A DNA stretch of 64,000 bases. Source: Lama guanicoe (lineage: Eukaryota). Made by a program: the position numbers and the translations under genes. This document shows, piece after piece, positions 52,784 through 64,000 of this stretch. Location of the stretch: NCBI GenBank assembly GCA_013239625.1, contig MU053513.1:392370-456369 (forward strand). Reading direction: 5' to 3'. The notes beneath the pieces are model-generated. The model saw nothing but the letters and a program-made list of their open reading frames with translations, had not been told where the DNA came from and did no database searches. Within the stretch, counting starts at the first letter, position 1; every line of letters starts with the position of its first letter.

Positions 52784-54090
52784 CCCCCACAGTCTATTTT
52801 TACCATATAGCCAGATGAAGTCATACTCAGATCCAAAAGTTTGAAGATGTCATAGTCAATCCAAAGAGATCAAAATATTTGTAATATGTGTGCTTATTTC
52901 TAAACTTTTATTATTCAATATCATGTGAAGTCATTGTGTATAACTGACCGTGTGATGCCAAATGTAGGATTGGGTCCACTAGATATTGAATACTTTATCA
53001 ATTAATGAAAACAGGAAAAACACCAAGTTCTGTCCTTTCTTTGTTTTAGGTTACATACACAACCCATCTTCATCTGCTATAGAATTTGAAAATATGATTC
53101 TAGCCTATGGAAAAAAGGAGACCAGAGACCAAACAGTGACTGGCAAGGTTCATTACCTTAACTACATTCTAAGCTTCCTGAAAATTAGTGCCATATTTTA
53201 CTTCTTTATGAGCATATTTTATCCCCCCTGATATTTCACACACTCCTATAATAAAAGTTCAAGGATGGAATAATTCTCCCTCCAAGCTTAGATCAGATTT
53301 CTTCGTGCTGTCCAGCTTCATTTACTCATTTCATCAATATGTACTGATTTCTAATTATGTGCTAAACAATGCAATGGGTATAAAAATGAATATAATGAAA
53401 CTACACCTTAGAGTTTCTAATTATTTTCACATTTGTTATAAATTTTTTGAATTAAAAGGATAATTTCTTCCAAATTATTGTGTCCTTTTACTTATTTATT
53501 GTTAAGTTACATTATTTATGTTCTATCAGCAAATGAAATAGAAATAAAATAGAAACTCCTTGAAGGCAGACTCCTTGGCTATTTCTTGAGCATCCCTTGA
53601 AGATATTATAAATTATAATGTGTTGCAATAAAGCACACATGAAATAATAGAGAAGTAAGAAAGAAAATTAAGTTGTAACCTTAAACAAAAGCTTTTATGT
53701 TATAGGGAATAGAATTTGATACCATAGTTTTCTTCAGCAGAGTTTAAATCATTGTATTTAATGATACCACATGCAGCATCACCCTTCCCTCCAGACCCTT
53801 AACGTATGCCAATAGCCAAAGGGGGAATTTAACGTCTTGATCAACTGGGTAGATTCACTAAGGATTGTGAGAAGTAATTCTTGCTATTAGTCTGTAAATT
53901 TGAGATTGTTACAGAAGTTAAAAAAATGTATAAAGTAATCCCTGCACCTATGATAAAATTCAAGATGGGGAGACAATTTCACGTGTAAGCATTTAGAGAT
54001 TTTATTTGTATACAAACTCACATACCTATAAAATGGCAATGAAAATATGTAGCTGGAAATGCTATTAGGATTAAAAATAACTCCACTAGA

Positions 54091-54259
54091 AAATATTTTT
54101 CTCCTCTGTTCTGTATCTTTATGAGATGATGGATGTTTACTTAACTTATTGTGGTAATCATTTCGTGATATACTTAAGTCATATCATTATACTGCATACC
54201 TTAAACTTACATAATGTCAAGTATATCTCAATGAAATTGGAAGAAAAACAACTAAAAGG
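54091..54259 (+). mobile_element. 5'-truncated L1 (L1MB/MC-like 3' end) with TSD
   Basis: gatggatgtttacttaacttattgtggtaatcatttc...accttaaacttaca...tatatctcaat; flanked by aaataactccactaga (54075-54090) and aaataattccactaga (54260-54275). Confidence 0.85.
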
Positions 54260-55219
54260 AAATAATTCCACTAGATTTTGAAGGCAGGGACTTATCTTTT
54301 TTGACTAATATATTCTCAGTACACTTTCATTAATAAATATTAGTTAAACTAATAAATGATATGTGACAAGTAATAATCAGTCAACAACTAGTCATTTTAA
54401 CTGTTTAAAAAAACAAATGTGAAAGACACTCCAAGACCTTTGCTATTATGGGTACCAAATAGAATGCCATTCACAGATTTAAAATGGCATTGCTTTTTCT
54501 GAGAGGAAAATGTACATATTTTATTCCAGGTCAACTAAAAACTTCTATTATGCCTAAAAAGTAGAACATTGCTACAGCCTTTTATGTTACCTTGGAAAAA
54601 GGTTATTTCAACATTATCATTAATTTATTAGTACAAAACTGGCTAATTTCCCCAAGGTTCTTAAAATTTGAGAGCACATCTTTGAGGCTTCTGAAGTGCA
54701 ATTATTGGAAAATGAATAAAAAGCTTAAATTGGAATAAATGTAATAATCTTTGTTTGACTTCTCCTAATATCACAATCAATCCAAAGAGAGTTTTAGCCT
54801 GTGTAGAGCTTAAAATGAAACTACACCTCTCTCCCAGCTTAGAGTTTTAATATGTGTGTGTAGGTGTGTATATAGTTTAATTTTGTTTTTAAGAAAAAGA
54901 CCATAAAGAAACTTATGAGGTAGATTAATCATACTTCAATATAAATAAAAATAATTAGAACCTGAAATTCCTAAATCATTGATAGATTATACTAAATTCC
55001 TGGGTAGTATACAAAGGCCAGATACAATTTCAGACAAATTCTCTCTTTATTTCTATCTGTGACTTTGACCCCAAATTCTACATAATCTCCAAACCTCATG
55101 GACTGGGCTGAATCTGGCCTCTGAAATGTATACGCCCTGAGATGACACAGAGTAAAACTACATTTACAAAAGCAAGTTTGGCCAGAAGTCACATCTGAGA
55201 TTTGTGTGTATTTCTCATG

Positions 55220-55540
55220 GGCTTCCGGGAAAGGTGGGAGGCAGGGTTTGGAGGCTGGGGAGAAGCAGCTGATTGGATGAACTCCAAATGCCCTTCTGTT
55301 AGCGGAATTACCGGAAAGTTGTGAACACCACATTTTAATACATTTTGTCTTATTAACATCCCCCCTTAACTCACCTGGTAAACTGAAGGCAGGCGTAAAC
55401 AATTTGTTTACTTTGTCTTCCTCCTTTCCTCTGACTCACAAGGCGAGCATCATTTAACTTCCCAAGGACAAAAGCCACCTCCCACGTCGAAATTCTTTTT
55501 CCGGTACAGATTCCATACACATTTTGAGGAAGTGAGTGAA
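55220..55540. promoter_or_regulatory. Candidate enhancer/promoter (TF motif cluster)
   Basis: TTCCGGGAA (55223), ATTGG (~55272), paired forkhead GTAAACAA-T-TTGTTTAC (55395-55411), TGACTCA (55432), GAGGAAGTGA (55526). Confidence 0.45.
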
Positions 55541-55631
55541 GCACGGACCTCAGCAACCACATGAAAGCAACAGGAGAGAGGCCATGAAGGTGGTGTTTGC
55601 CTCCACTTGTGTCCATTTGCAATTTTTTTTT

Positions 55632-55800
55632 NNNNNNNNNNNNNNNNNNNNNNNNNNNNNNNNNNNNNNNNNNNNNNNNNNNNNNNNNNNNNNNNNNNNN
55701 NNNNNNNNNNNNNNNNNNNNNNNNNNNNNNNNNNNNNNNNNNNNNNNNNNNNNNNNNNNNNNNNNNNNNNNNNNNNNNNNNNNNNNNNNNNNNNNNNNNN
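55632..55800. other. Assembly gap (169 N)
   Basis: Direct reading. Confidence 1.
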
Positions 55801-58218
55801 TGTTCCATTTGCAATTTTTTTTTTAATTTCTCTTTAAATTCCATCTACTAATGCAATGTCTAAAATGTAAGTTCCTAAGCATTGTATGATTCCGTGGTCC
55901 ATTTCAGAATTAATCCTCTTTGGAGGTCTTGGGGTGAATTCTTTGTACCTTAATGGCTAGGATGTATCCCTGATGAAATGTGCCTCAGTGAATGGCAAGG
56001 GCCAAGTTAAGGAAAGCTACTTAGATACACTAAGGTATATCTAAAACATTCATTGTTTTCACTTCTTTATCATGAATATGGAATTGCACTGTGGGATTAC
56101 GTTACATCTAGCTCATTACAGAAAAATGACGTCATTCTTCAACATTGCTTCACTAGGAAGCTTTGAGAAGCTCTCTGTGCTCACTCTTCAGGCTGAAGAT
56201 ACAATGTTCTTGACATTACAGAAAAGACCATCATGTAAGTTTTAATTGTACTTTTATTCAGCAAACTTAATCTAATTTAAAATTCTAGAACTTATAACTT
56301 GAATATATGGATTATTTTGTAATAAAGAAGAAAATCAAGTTTAGTATCACAAACCAAAACATCCACTTTATGAAATTAATGACAGATTTTATAAGAAAAG
56401 ACATTTCATTGTTAATAATTTCTTAGCTAAGGAAAAAAATACAGTTATATTCTTCTGTTGCTCACTTTAGATATTCAATTTTCTTGAATTTGGCATCTAC
56501 AAAAATGACCTGAACTATAAGAGGTTATGCACAATAGAATTACCAAAATGCTTGGCAATTAAGGATTTCAAAATCAAGCTAATGTCTTTTGGACAGTGTT
56601 CCTGCAAATATTTTGAGCTACAATATTAAAGGATACCACGCATCATATATATTCTTCTGTAAATCTAGATTAAAAGATGAGTCTCTTAAAGTTATACTTT
56701 TCTTTGGATTTATTGTTGCTATATTAAATTTGAAAATAAACATCTCAAACTATACAAAGGAGAAACAGATTCATCGCTAAATGACCCATTTCAGTGAAAA
56801 ATGGCTCAGCTAAACAATAAACCTGACTAATACAGGGCTTTATTGCAATTTAGAGCCAATTGACACAATCATTATCAATGAGCGGCTATTTCTCAGAATC
56901 ATTTTTATTCTGCAAAAATTGTTATGCTTCTCCTGAAACATGTGTCATGTACTAAGCACAATATACCAACCTTACCCCCCCCAGCATTGTCAATGGTGTG
57001 CACTAACGTCCTATTTCTCAAGCCCGTTTTATTTTCCCTTTATAATCTCTATTTTCAAGTCCCTCTATTCCCGAGAAACTCAACTCGACAGTTTTAGAAT
57101 TAGCAGTAAATATATGTTGATTTGGTCTAATTTTCTATGACCTAACCAATAACAGTATTTCTTTAACTGTTGGTAGTTGACCTGAAAACAGTCATTTTTA
57201 TCCCATTATTTTCCAAACAATGAAAAACAAACTATTAGACTCATTCATTCATATTCATTTTGGTAATCCTTGGTGAATAGACCTAAAAGCAAACGAATGC
57301 ACAAGTCCTTCAAATGCTTTAACTTCCATTATTATATTTGGTGTTTGCCCAGTTATCTTTAAATCATGAGCATTATACCCTTGATGAATTCAGGAAAAAT
57401 ACAGAACTCTTTCCTCTCATAAAGCTCACATCTCTTTGTAAATTGCAATTAACTCTTGCTAATGTAAAACAAACAAAAACCGTGTTTGTAGAATGAACCC
57501 TGCTCATGCTGAACCCAAGTGGAGTAAATGGATACAAGTAGTCATTCATCCATCCGTTTATTCATTTTTCCCTTTTCTTTTCAAAGTCTCTCTTCAAAAC
57601 CTTTATTCATGTCTATATGCTAAATTCTTTCATTATAAAGGAAAAAAAAAAAGACAGAGTCTGCATCAAAGAACCTGCATCTAGGAGCTTAAAGTCTAAA
57701 GTACATTTGTAAGCACATAACTATCATATAACAAGGTTTCATTCTTTCATTCATCAAATATTTATTGAAGGCTTTCTGCGATCCTGTCTGCATGGCCTGT
57801 GCGAGAGATACATACAACAGTGTGCAAAACTGCTGTGGCCCTGCTTTTGAGGATTTTTACAGTCTTGAGAGGTTGCTGGGCCGGGCACAACATCCGGTTG
57901 TGAAAAATCACACTACAAATAAACAGTAATTTTAAAATGCGGTAGGCATTATAAAGGGTAGGTGAATGCAATATATGCACAGAACACAACCTAGTTTAGA
58001 CTGAGGATAAAGTTATCTCAGTTAAAAGCTGAAGTTCTACCCAGCAAGGAGGAGGAAGAGAAAAAGAAAAGTAACTTCAGTGGAGAGCTGGCTAAAGCCA
58101 TATTCTTGATAGTGCTGATAAGTGAAAACAAAGCATTTATGGGGAAAAAAAACTAAATGTGGGACCTTTATTCATTTCATGCAAAAAAATCTTTACTTTC
58201 AGAATCCTCTGATTTTTT

Positions 58219-58438
58219 TTAATTTGCATCCTTTTTAATTGAAGTATAGTCAGTTTACAGTGTTGTGCCAATTTCTGGTGTTTCAGTCATACACGCACAT
58301 ACATATATTCATTTTTATATTCTTTTTCATTATAGGTGACTACAAGATATTGAATATAGTGCCCTGTGCTATACAGTAGAAACTTGCTGTTTACTTATTG
58401 TACATATAGTAGTTAATATTTGCAAATCTCAGACCCCC
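58219..58438 (-). mobile_element. 5'-truncated L1 3' UTR end (artiodactyl type) with probable TSD
   Basis: ttttaattgaagtatagtcagtttaca...tacaagatattgaatatagtgccctgtgctatacagtag; flanks aatcctctgatttttt and aatcttctgactttttt. Confidence 0.88.
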
Positions 58439-59319
58439 AAATCTTCTGACTTTTTTAAGCAAGCTGGCCTTTATCTTCATTTCACATATTCATTAAAATA
58501 TTGAATATTTCTTAGCCACTTTAATACTTAGTATAGATAAATTAAATCAATTGACAAAATATTTCTAAAATTTCTTTAATAATAATGCCATAAAAGTTTA
58601 ACAACCTTATTCAAGTAATCATTCCAAATAAAAGGGTGTATACCCTTCATGAACATTTATATATACTATTCATAAAGGTGCTACTAAATTTTCCCATATT
58701 GCCCATGGCTTTGTTAAAAATCATAGCAACAGTTGAAAAGCTAATATAAAATCAGAGCCTCCCCCAACAAAAGAGGAGAGAAGATTAAGAAATTCAGAAA
58801 GACCTAGTCCTACTAAATTCCTATACTCCATTCCCAGAGAATGTGGTCTCATGAAGAACATTGACTGTGATTGGACAGTGACTGTATAAAAAGTATCAAT
58901 AGGAAACTCGCAGTACATCATTCACTGTTCTCTTAGTCTCAACTAGGACTTATAAAACTGTCCCGAGGAACATTAATGTTTCTCAAAATGCTAACACATA
59001 GTTCACAAAAAGGAAGCAGTTATATTTTCATACAAGTATGAGATATATTGAGATTAAAAAAATAAGAAATGTTATACCAAAAAAATCTCAAAATTCTTAT
59101 TACACCTAGCATGTATAATTTCCCCTTTTAATTTGAATTCACAGGCATCTTTTTTTTTTTTTTAAAGAACAACTTTCAACATCTTAGGGATACGAATATT
59201 CCTAAGAACACACAGTTTGGCAAACTGGTTTAAATTATTTCTTCTTATGATGATGTTTTCTCCTGGAAAGTGTCTGTCTACAACTGTAAATAAAGCCTGT
59301 GCTACACATTAGAGCTGTT

Positions 59320-59703
59320 TACAAAATATTCCTCGCTCTTGACTTTCCAGAAATGTGGTAGGATTGTACTCTCTGGCCCCCTTGTGGTGGTGTGTGGTCA
59401 AGTGGAAAGTTCTGCAGGATGACTGAGGAGTGGCAGTGAGAGTTTTTAATTCCAACTTGAAGAATTAAATTGTCAGTCTGAGACCACATAACGATTTATT
59501 TTCACCTTCTGCCATGTTGACTGGCAGCATTGGAGATGATGAATGCTATGCTGGCCTGAGTCCCTGAGTGATTGCGATGAGCAGAGCTTTCCCCAGGACT
59601 GGTGATGGACATAAGACAGAAGCAGAAACCAAACTTCCATCTTTCAACCCACTGGGATGTGAAGGTTGTTACTGCAGTGTGATCTGGCCTATCCTGACTG
59701 ATA
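59320..59703 (+). mobile_element. Old MaLR LTR (MLT1I/J-like)
   Basis: ggtaggattgtact...cctgagtccctgagtga...tgagcagagc...ccactgggatgtgaaggttgttactgcag...cctatcctgactgata. Confidence 0.75.
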
Positions 59704-60165
59704 AAGAACTCAAAGTGAAAAGCTCAATACTGTCAATTTTGTTTGAATGAAACAACTGGTTACAAACTAAGAAAGAATATTAGCTCAGGATGACCTCTTC
59801 TGGTATATCAGATTCTATCATTAAACTTTATGGCATTTTTCCACCAGAGAATTGTGATGCATCTGTCCATTGAGCACATGATGATCAATCAATGACAGTT
59901 GCCTGAGTGTAACTATATGCCAAGCTGGCCAGATAACCTAGATAAGCGCGTTCTCTAACCTCTGAAGTGTAAATTATCCTGAAGGAATCATTAGTTAAGA
60001 ACAGAGCATGATGATGGTTTCTATGTTAAGAACAGATAATTGTTCTGGCTCTCCTTCTTGACTATCTATACGACCATGTACTTTCTCTATGTATTAGCTT
60101 TCTAATTCAGAAATAGATTTTAAAAAGCTTATAATTAGATGTTATACATCAAATAAAATAAAATA

Positions 60166-60735
60166 TAAGCATATCTCAGAGATATTGTAGGTCCAGTTCC
60201 AGACCACCCCAATAAAGTGAATATCACAATAAAGCCAGTCATACAATTTTTTGATTTCCCAGTGCATTTAAAAGTTATGTTGTGCCTGTTTAGCATGCAT
60301 GAGGTCTTGGGTTCAAGCCCCAGTATCTTCATTAAGAAATAAATAAATAAATAAAATTAACTCCCCCTCCAAAAAAAAGAAAAGAATTAATACTTTTTTT
60401 AAGTTATGTTTACAGTACTATACTATAGTCTATTAAGTGTGCAATGACCTTATGTCTAAAAATACCTCAGTTAAATAATACCTTAATTAAAAAGTACTTC
60501 ATTGCTAAAAAGTGCTAACCATTATCTGAGCCTTCAGTGAGTCATAATCCTTCCCCTGGTGAAGGGTTTGAAATGTTGCTATAAAATGTGACACATAGAC
60601 AGGAAGTGTGTGAATGCCTTTGGAAAAATGGTGCTGATAGATTTGCATGATGCAGGGTTGTTGCAAACCTTCAATTAGTAAAAAATGCAATTATCTGCAA
60701 AGCACAATAAACTGCAATTCAATGAGGTCTGCTTG
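60166..60735 (+). mobile_element. Internally deleted Tigger1-family DNA transposon
   Basis: Degenerate TIRs taagcatatctca...tgaggtctgcttg flanked by TA; body gagatattgtaggtccagttccagaccac...aataaagtgaatatcacaataaag. Confidence 0.9.
60282..60400 (+). mobile_element. 5'-truncated Vic-1-like SINE inserted in the Tigger element
   Basis: ttagcatgcatgaggtcttgggttcaagccccagta plus (TAAA)n; TSD aagttatgtt at 60272-60281 and 60401-60410. Confidence 0.9.
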
Positions 60736-61265
60736 TAATAGGCAGGGCTGCAGGCATATCACTAATAATAATGAATGCTAAAACAATGGCTTTATTTTCA
60801 TGGGACTAACTGGATAGTAACAGGAATATTCAGAAGCGGAATATATGTTTAATAAAGAATCAGAAGATTTTATTTTATTTTTTTAAATTATATGTCATCC
60901 ATCTTATGTATCTTTTAGAGGATTCTAGTTCCCTACCTACATTTAAATAATTATTATCTCATATATGCGATGATAAAAGAAAACATTCATATGTAATCTT
61001 CTAAATTATTTTAATTATAATCTATTATTACTGATAGAGTTTTGATATTGACTTATATTTATTATTGATTTGAAGAGTCCTTTTGCTATTTTACTTATAC
61101 AGACTTCTATACAAATGTATATATATAATCTATAACAATGTATATAGTATATCATTCATATATAGAGAGACATATAAATATACAAAGTCCAAAAGATTGT
61201 GTCACTTTATGAAGATAGCAGACAATGACTGTTTCAGAGAACAATTTGAAATCAGTTATGAGAGC

Positions 61266-61651
61266 TGTATTACAGAGAAACAGAACAAATAGGATACATG
61301 TGGACATACAGTAATTGAGATATATTTGGGGGAGTTGGTGAGTCCAAAATCTGCACAAAAGGCTGGCAGGCTGGGGACCTAGGGAAGAGCTGATGTTTGA
61401 GTCCAAAGGCAGTTCAGAGGTAGAATTTTTTTCTTCCTCAGGAGACCTTCAATTTTTCTCTCTTAAGGCTTTCAACTGATCAGGCGAGGCCCACCCACAT
61501 CATGGAGGTAAATCTGCTTTACTCAAAGTCTACTGTTTTAAATGTTAATCAGATTTTAAAAATACCTTCACATCACTATTTAGAATGGTGTTTGACCGAA
61601 TATCTGGGCATGATAGCCTAGCCAACTTAACATATAAAATTAACTATCACA
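61266..61651 (-). mobile_element. MLT2C/D-like ERVL solo LTR
   Basis: TGTATT...cagagaaacagaac...aatctgctttactcaaagtctactg...cataTaaaattaactatcaCA; 5-bp flanks agagc/agaac. Confidence 0.9.
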
Positions 61652-62269
61652 AGAACAAATAATCTCATATAATTTGGGTAATAAATTTACTTCCAACAAA
61701 TCACAATGACAAATAAAACTTCACCCTTTAGGACCCAACTAGATGGAGCATACTTTCTTCCATCACTTGACCTTAAGAGTTCAAAAACTGTTTACAGTTT
61801 GGAAATCTAAAGTAAAGAAACCATTTCATAACCAGTTAAATAGGGACCATTATCCAGAACTCATAGAGGTGTTTCATAAGGGAATTTCATATACAAATAC
61901 ATTTTTATACAGTTTTAGAGAAAAAAATAAGAAGCAGTTTCCTGCTTTGTTGAAGAATCTATTCTTTCCAATGAGAACTGAAAATGCAAAATAACACATA
62001 ACTATAGAAACCAAGCTTCTCTCTTATGTTCTCACTCTTTCTTACACTACACATCCAACAATGACACATTTGACACTGTGTGGTCTTGATTTATTTTTTA
62101 TACGTTTGTCTCTACTGCCAACATATTAGCTTGGAGACCCGGAATGGTGTCTTGCTTTTCTTTGTCTCCTCAGCACATGTCAGAGTTTCCAGGAGTTCTT
62201 AACAAGTATTTATTGAAGTTCAGACTTTGAAAAATGTTTTCACATACAGGTAATATTTGTTCCAACACA

Positions 62270-62807
62270 GCATTAGTTCTATTGCTGTTGTAACAAATAA
62301 GTGCAATTCAGTGGCTTAAAGCAACGCAAAGGTAGTATGTATAGTTCTGTAGGGTACGGGCAGGCGGTGTTCCTTTCTGGAGACTCTTGCTTAGTTCCGT
62401 TGTTGAGAGAAGTCAGTTTCTTTTTGTCCGGGAACTGAGGTCCCTGCTCCCTTGCTGGCTGTTAGCCAAGTGCTGTTCCCAGCCTCCAGGATTAGGGGTT
62501 GTCTGCGTTCCTCAACACCCATTTCCCTTCCTCTGTCCCCAAAGCCAGTAACAATGTCCTGAGTTTCTACCAGGCTTTGACTGTCATCTGACTGCCTCAT
62601 CTGTCCTCAGATCTTTGGCCATTCTGCCTTCCTCTTCAGTCTTGGGAACCCAGGCCATTGCCCACCTAATCCAGGATAATCTCCCTATTTTAAGCACCAA
62701 AGTCTTAATTCTTTCAATGAGATCCCTTTTGCCATGTAAAGCAATATAACTCCAGGTTCCAGGGATTCGGGGATGGGCAATCTGGAAGCTGCTATCCAGT
62801 CTGCCAT
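62270..62807 (-). mobile_element. MLT1D-like MaLR solo LTR nested in a MIR
   Basis: tctattgctgttgtaacaaat...gtggcttaaa...taatccaggataatctccctattttaag...cccttttgccatgtaa...caggttccagggatt. Confidence 0.88.
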
Positions 62808-64000
62808 AAGGAGTATATTTAGAATAATCCTTGTTTGATGGGTGAAGAAACTGAGGTACGATGGCAGTGTGGTTTCCCACGGTCCACAGACGTTATTCAC
62901 AGAGCTTCAATCCCAGTCAGACCACATGTCATCAATGTTGGCTCTTTCCACTGGACCTATCATTTTATACCCAAAATAATAATTAGATAACTCTCTGGAT
63001 ATAGCACTGAAATTAAAGCTGTACAGGAAAAACAAACAGGCAAACAAAGCTGATTGCTATTCTTGACTCCCTTCTTCATAGTTGGACCACAAAAGCCGTA
63101 AGACCTAAAGTGGAATTGATGTCAGATGATGAACAGATGGCAGAGTGTAAACAGAGATAAATTCCTCTCCCCTGGACTCACGGTATAAGACGAGGTGGAG
63201 AAACAAGCACTTATAGAAGGGAGAGAGGATCTGTAACCAGTTTACGTCAGACCAAGGCGTGCCTTTTTCAGAGATAGATACACAATTTCTTGACGTCCTC
63301 AAAAGCTGCTGGGTTACGTCTTGGGCATCAAAATACAAAATCTAATAGCTGTGTTTTGCAGTTAGTATGTGGTTTGCTGCAGTTGCCATTAAAAAAAGAG
63401 GGAAAAACACCATGAGCACACTAGCAATCCCTTATCCAATGAGGTGCTTTAAGAAATATAGAGAACAAAAGCTCATGAGTGATTAATTTTAAATGTGGCC
63501 ATTTCAATAGAAGAAGCTCAGTGCCTATCTACAGCACAACCTTGAAAGAGTAACACGTACACACACACACAAATCATATTTCTCCCTGTGAAGGGAGAAT
63601 GTAGCCTTGACTGGGTAAAACTCATCTAAAGCTGTAATGATTAAACACTGTAAATGCGAACTTTGTATTAAATACAATTATAACTGTATTGTAACAATAA
63701 ACCAAACTGCCAGCCAATTCACTTTTCCCAAGCAAGTCTAGTGAACGTTTTGCAAAACCAGTATGAGAAAATCCAATTTTGTTTTGTTTTGATTTTTCCA
63801 TTTCTTTCCTAGATTAAAAAATTGAAATGAATAAATGTGCAAATCGACACTCAGCACTTGATTATGCATGTTAATGAGGGATCAAAGCACTGTATTCGAG
63901 AATAAGAGCTAATCCCCCAAACATTTGTGTTTTTCATTAGAATATGATCATACATACCATCATATAAATGCGCAGGCTCTGTCCACATGACAGCAATTCA

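Noticed and set aside
54463..54491. Inverted repeat aatgccatt...aatggcatt (also small palindromes at ~58633 and ~13257-13288)
   Set aside because: Arms of 8-9 bp are expected by chance in 64 kb of AT-rich DNA.
55371..55851. Longest ORFs in the track
   Set aside because: They are open only because they span the N gap.

Overview
AT-rich mammalian non-coding DNA (intergenic or a large intron), most likely from a camelid. The organism call rests on four loci of tRNA-derived SINEs resembling Vic-1, with no Alu, B1/B2, Bov-tA, PRE-1 or CAN SINEs seen. I recognise no host protein-coding gene. The ORFs in the track look like chance ORFs or transposon remnants (the L1 ORF2 C-terminus at 4266-4460). 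Much of the window is old interspersed repeats: L2, MIR, L1M, MaLR/MLT and ERV1 LTRs, hAT and Tigger DNA transposons, and an LTR33 plus ERVL pol remnant. The most notable items are a recent ~205 bp tandem duplication (9373-9782), a dimeric SINE under a single 14-bp TSD (46522-46778), and a 169-N gap bracketed by what looks like a TSD at an L1-endonuclease site. Also noted are a dense TF-motif cluster (55220-55540), a perfect HNF1 palindrome, and tentative splice-signal-bounded exons on both strands (possible lncRNA or microprotein). Repeat subfamily names come from remembered consensus similarity, and boundaries are approximate unless termini or TSDs are quoted. I found no convincing novel biological system.
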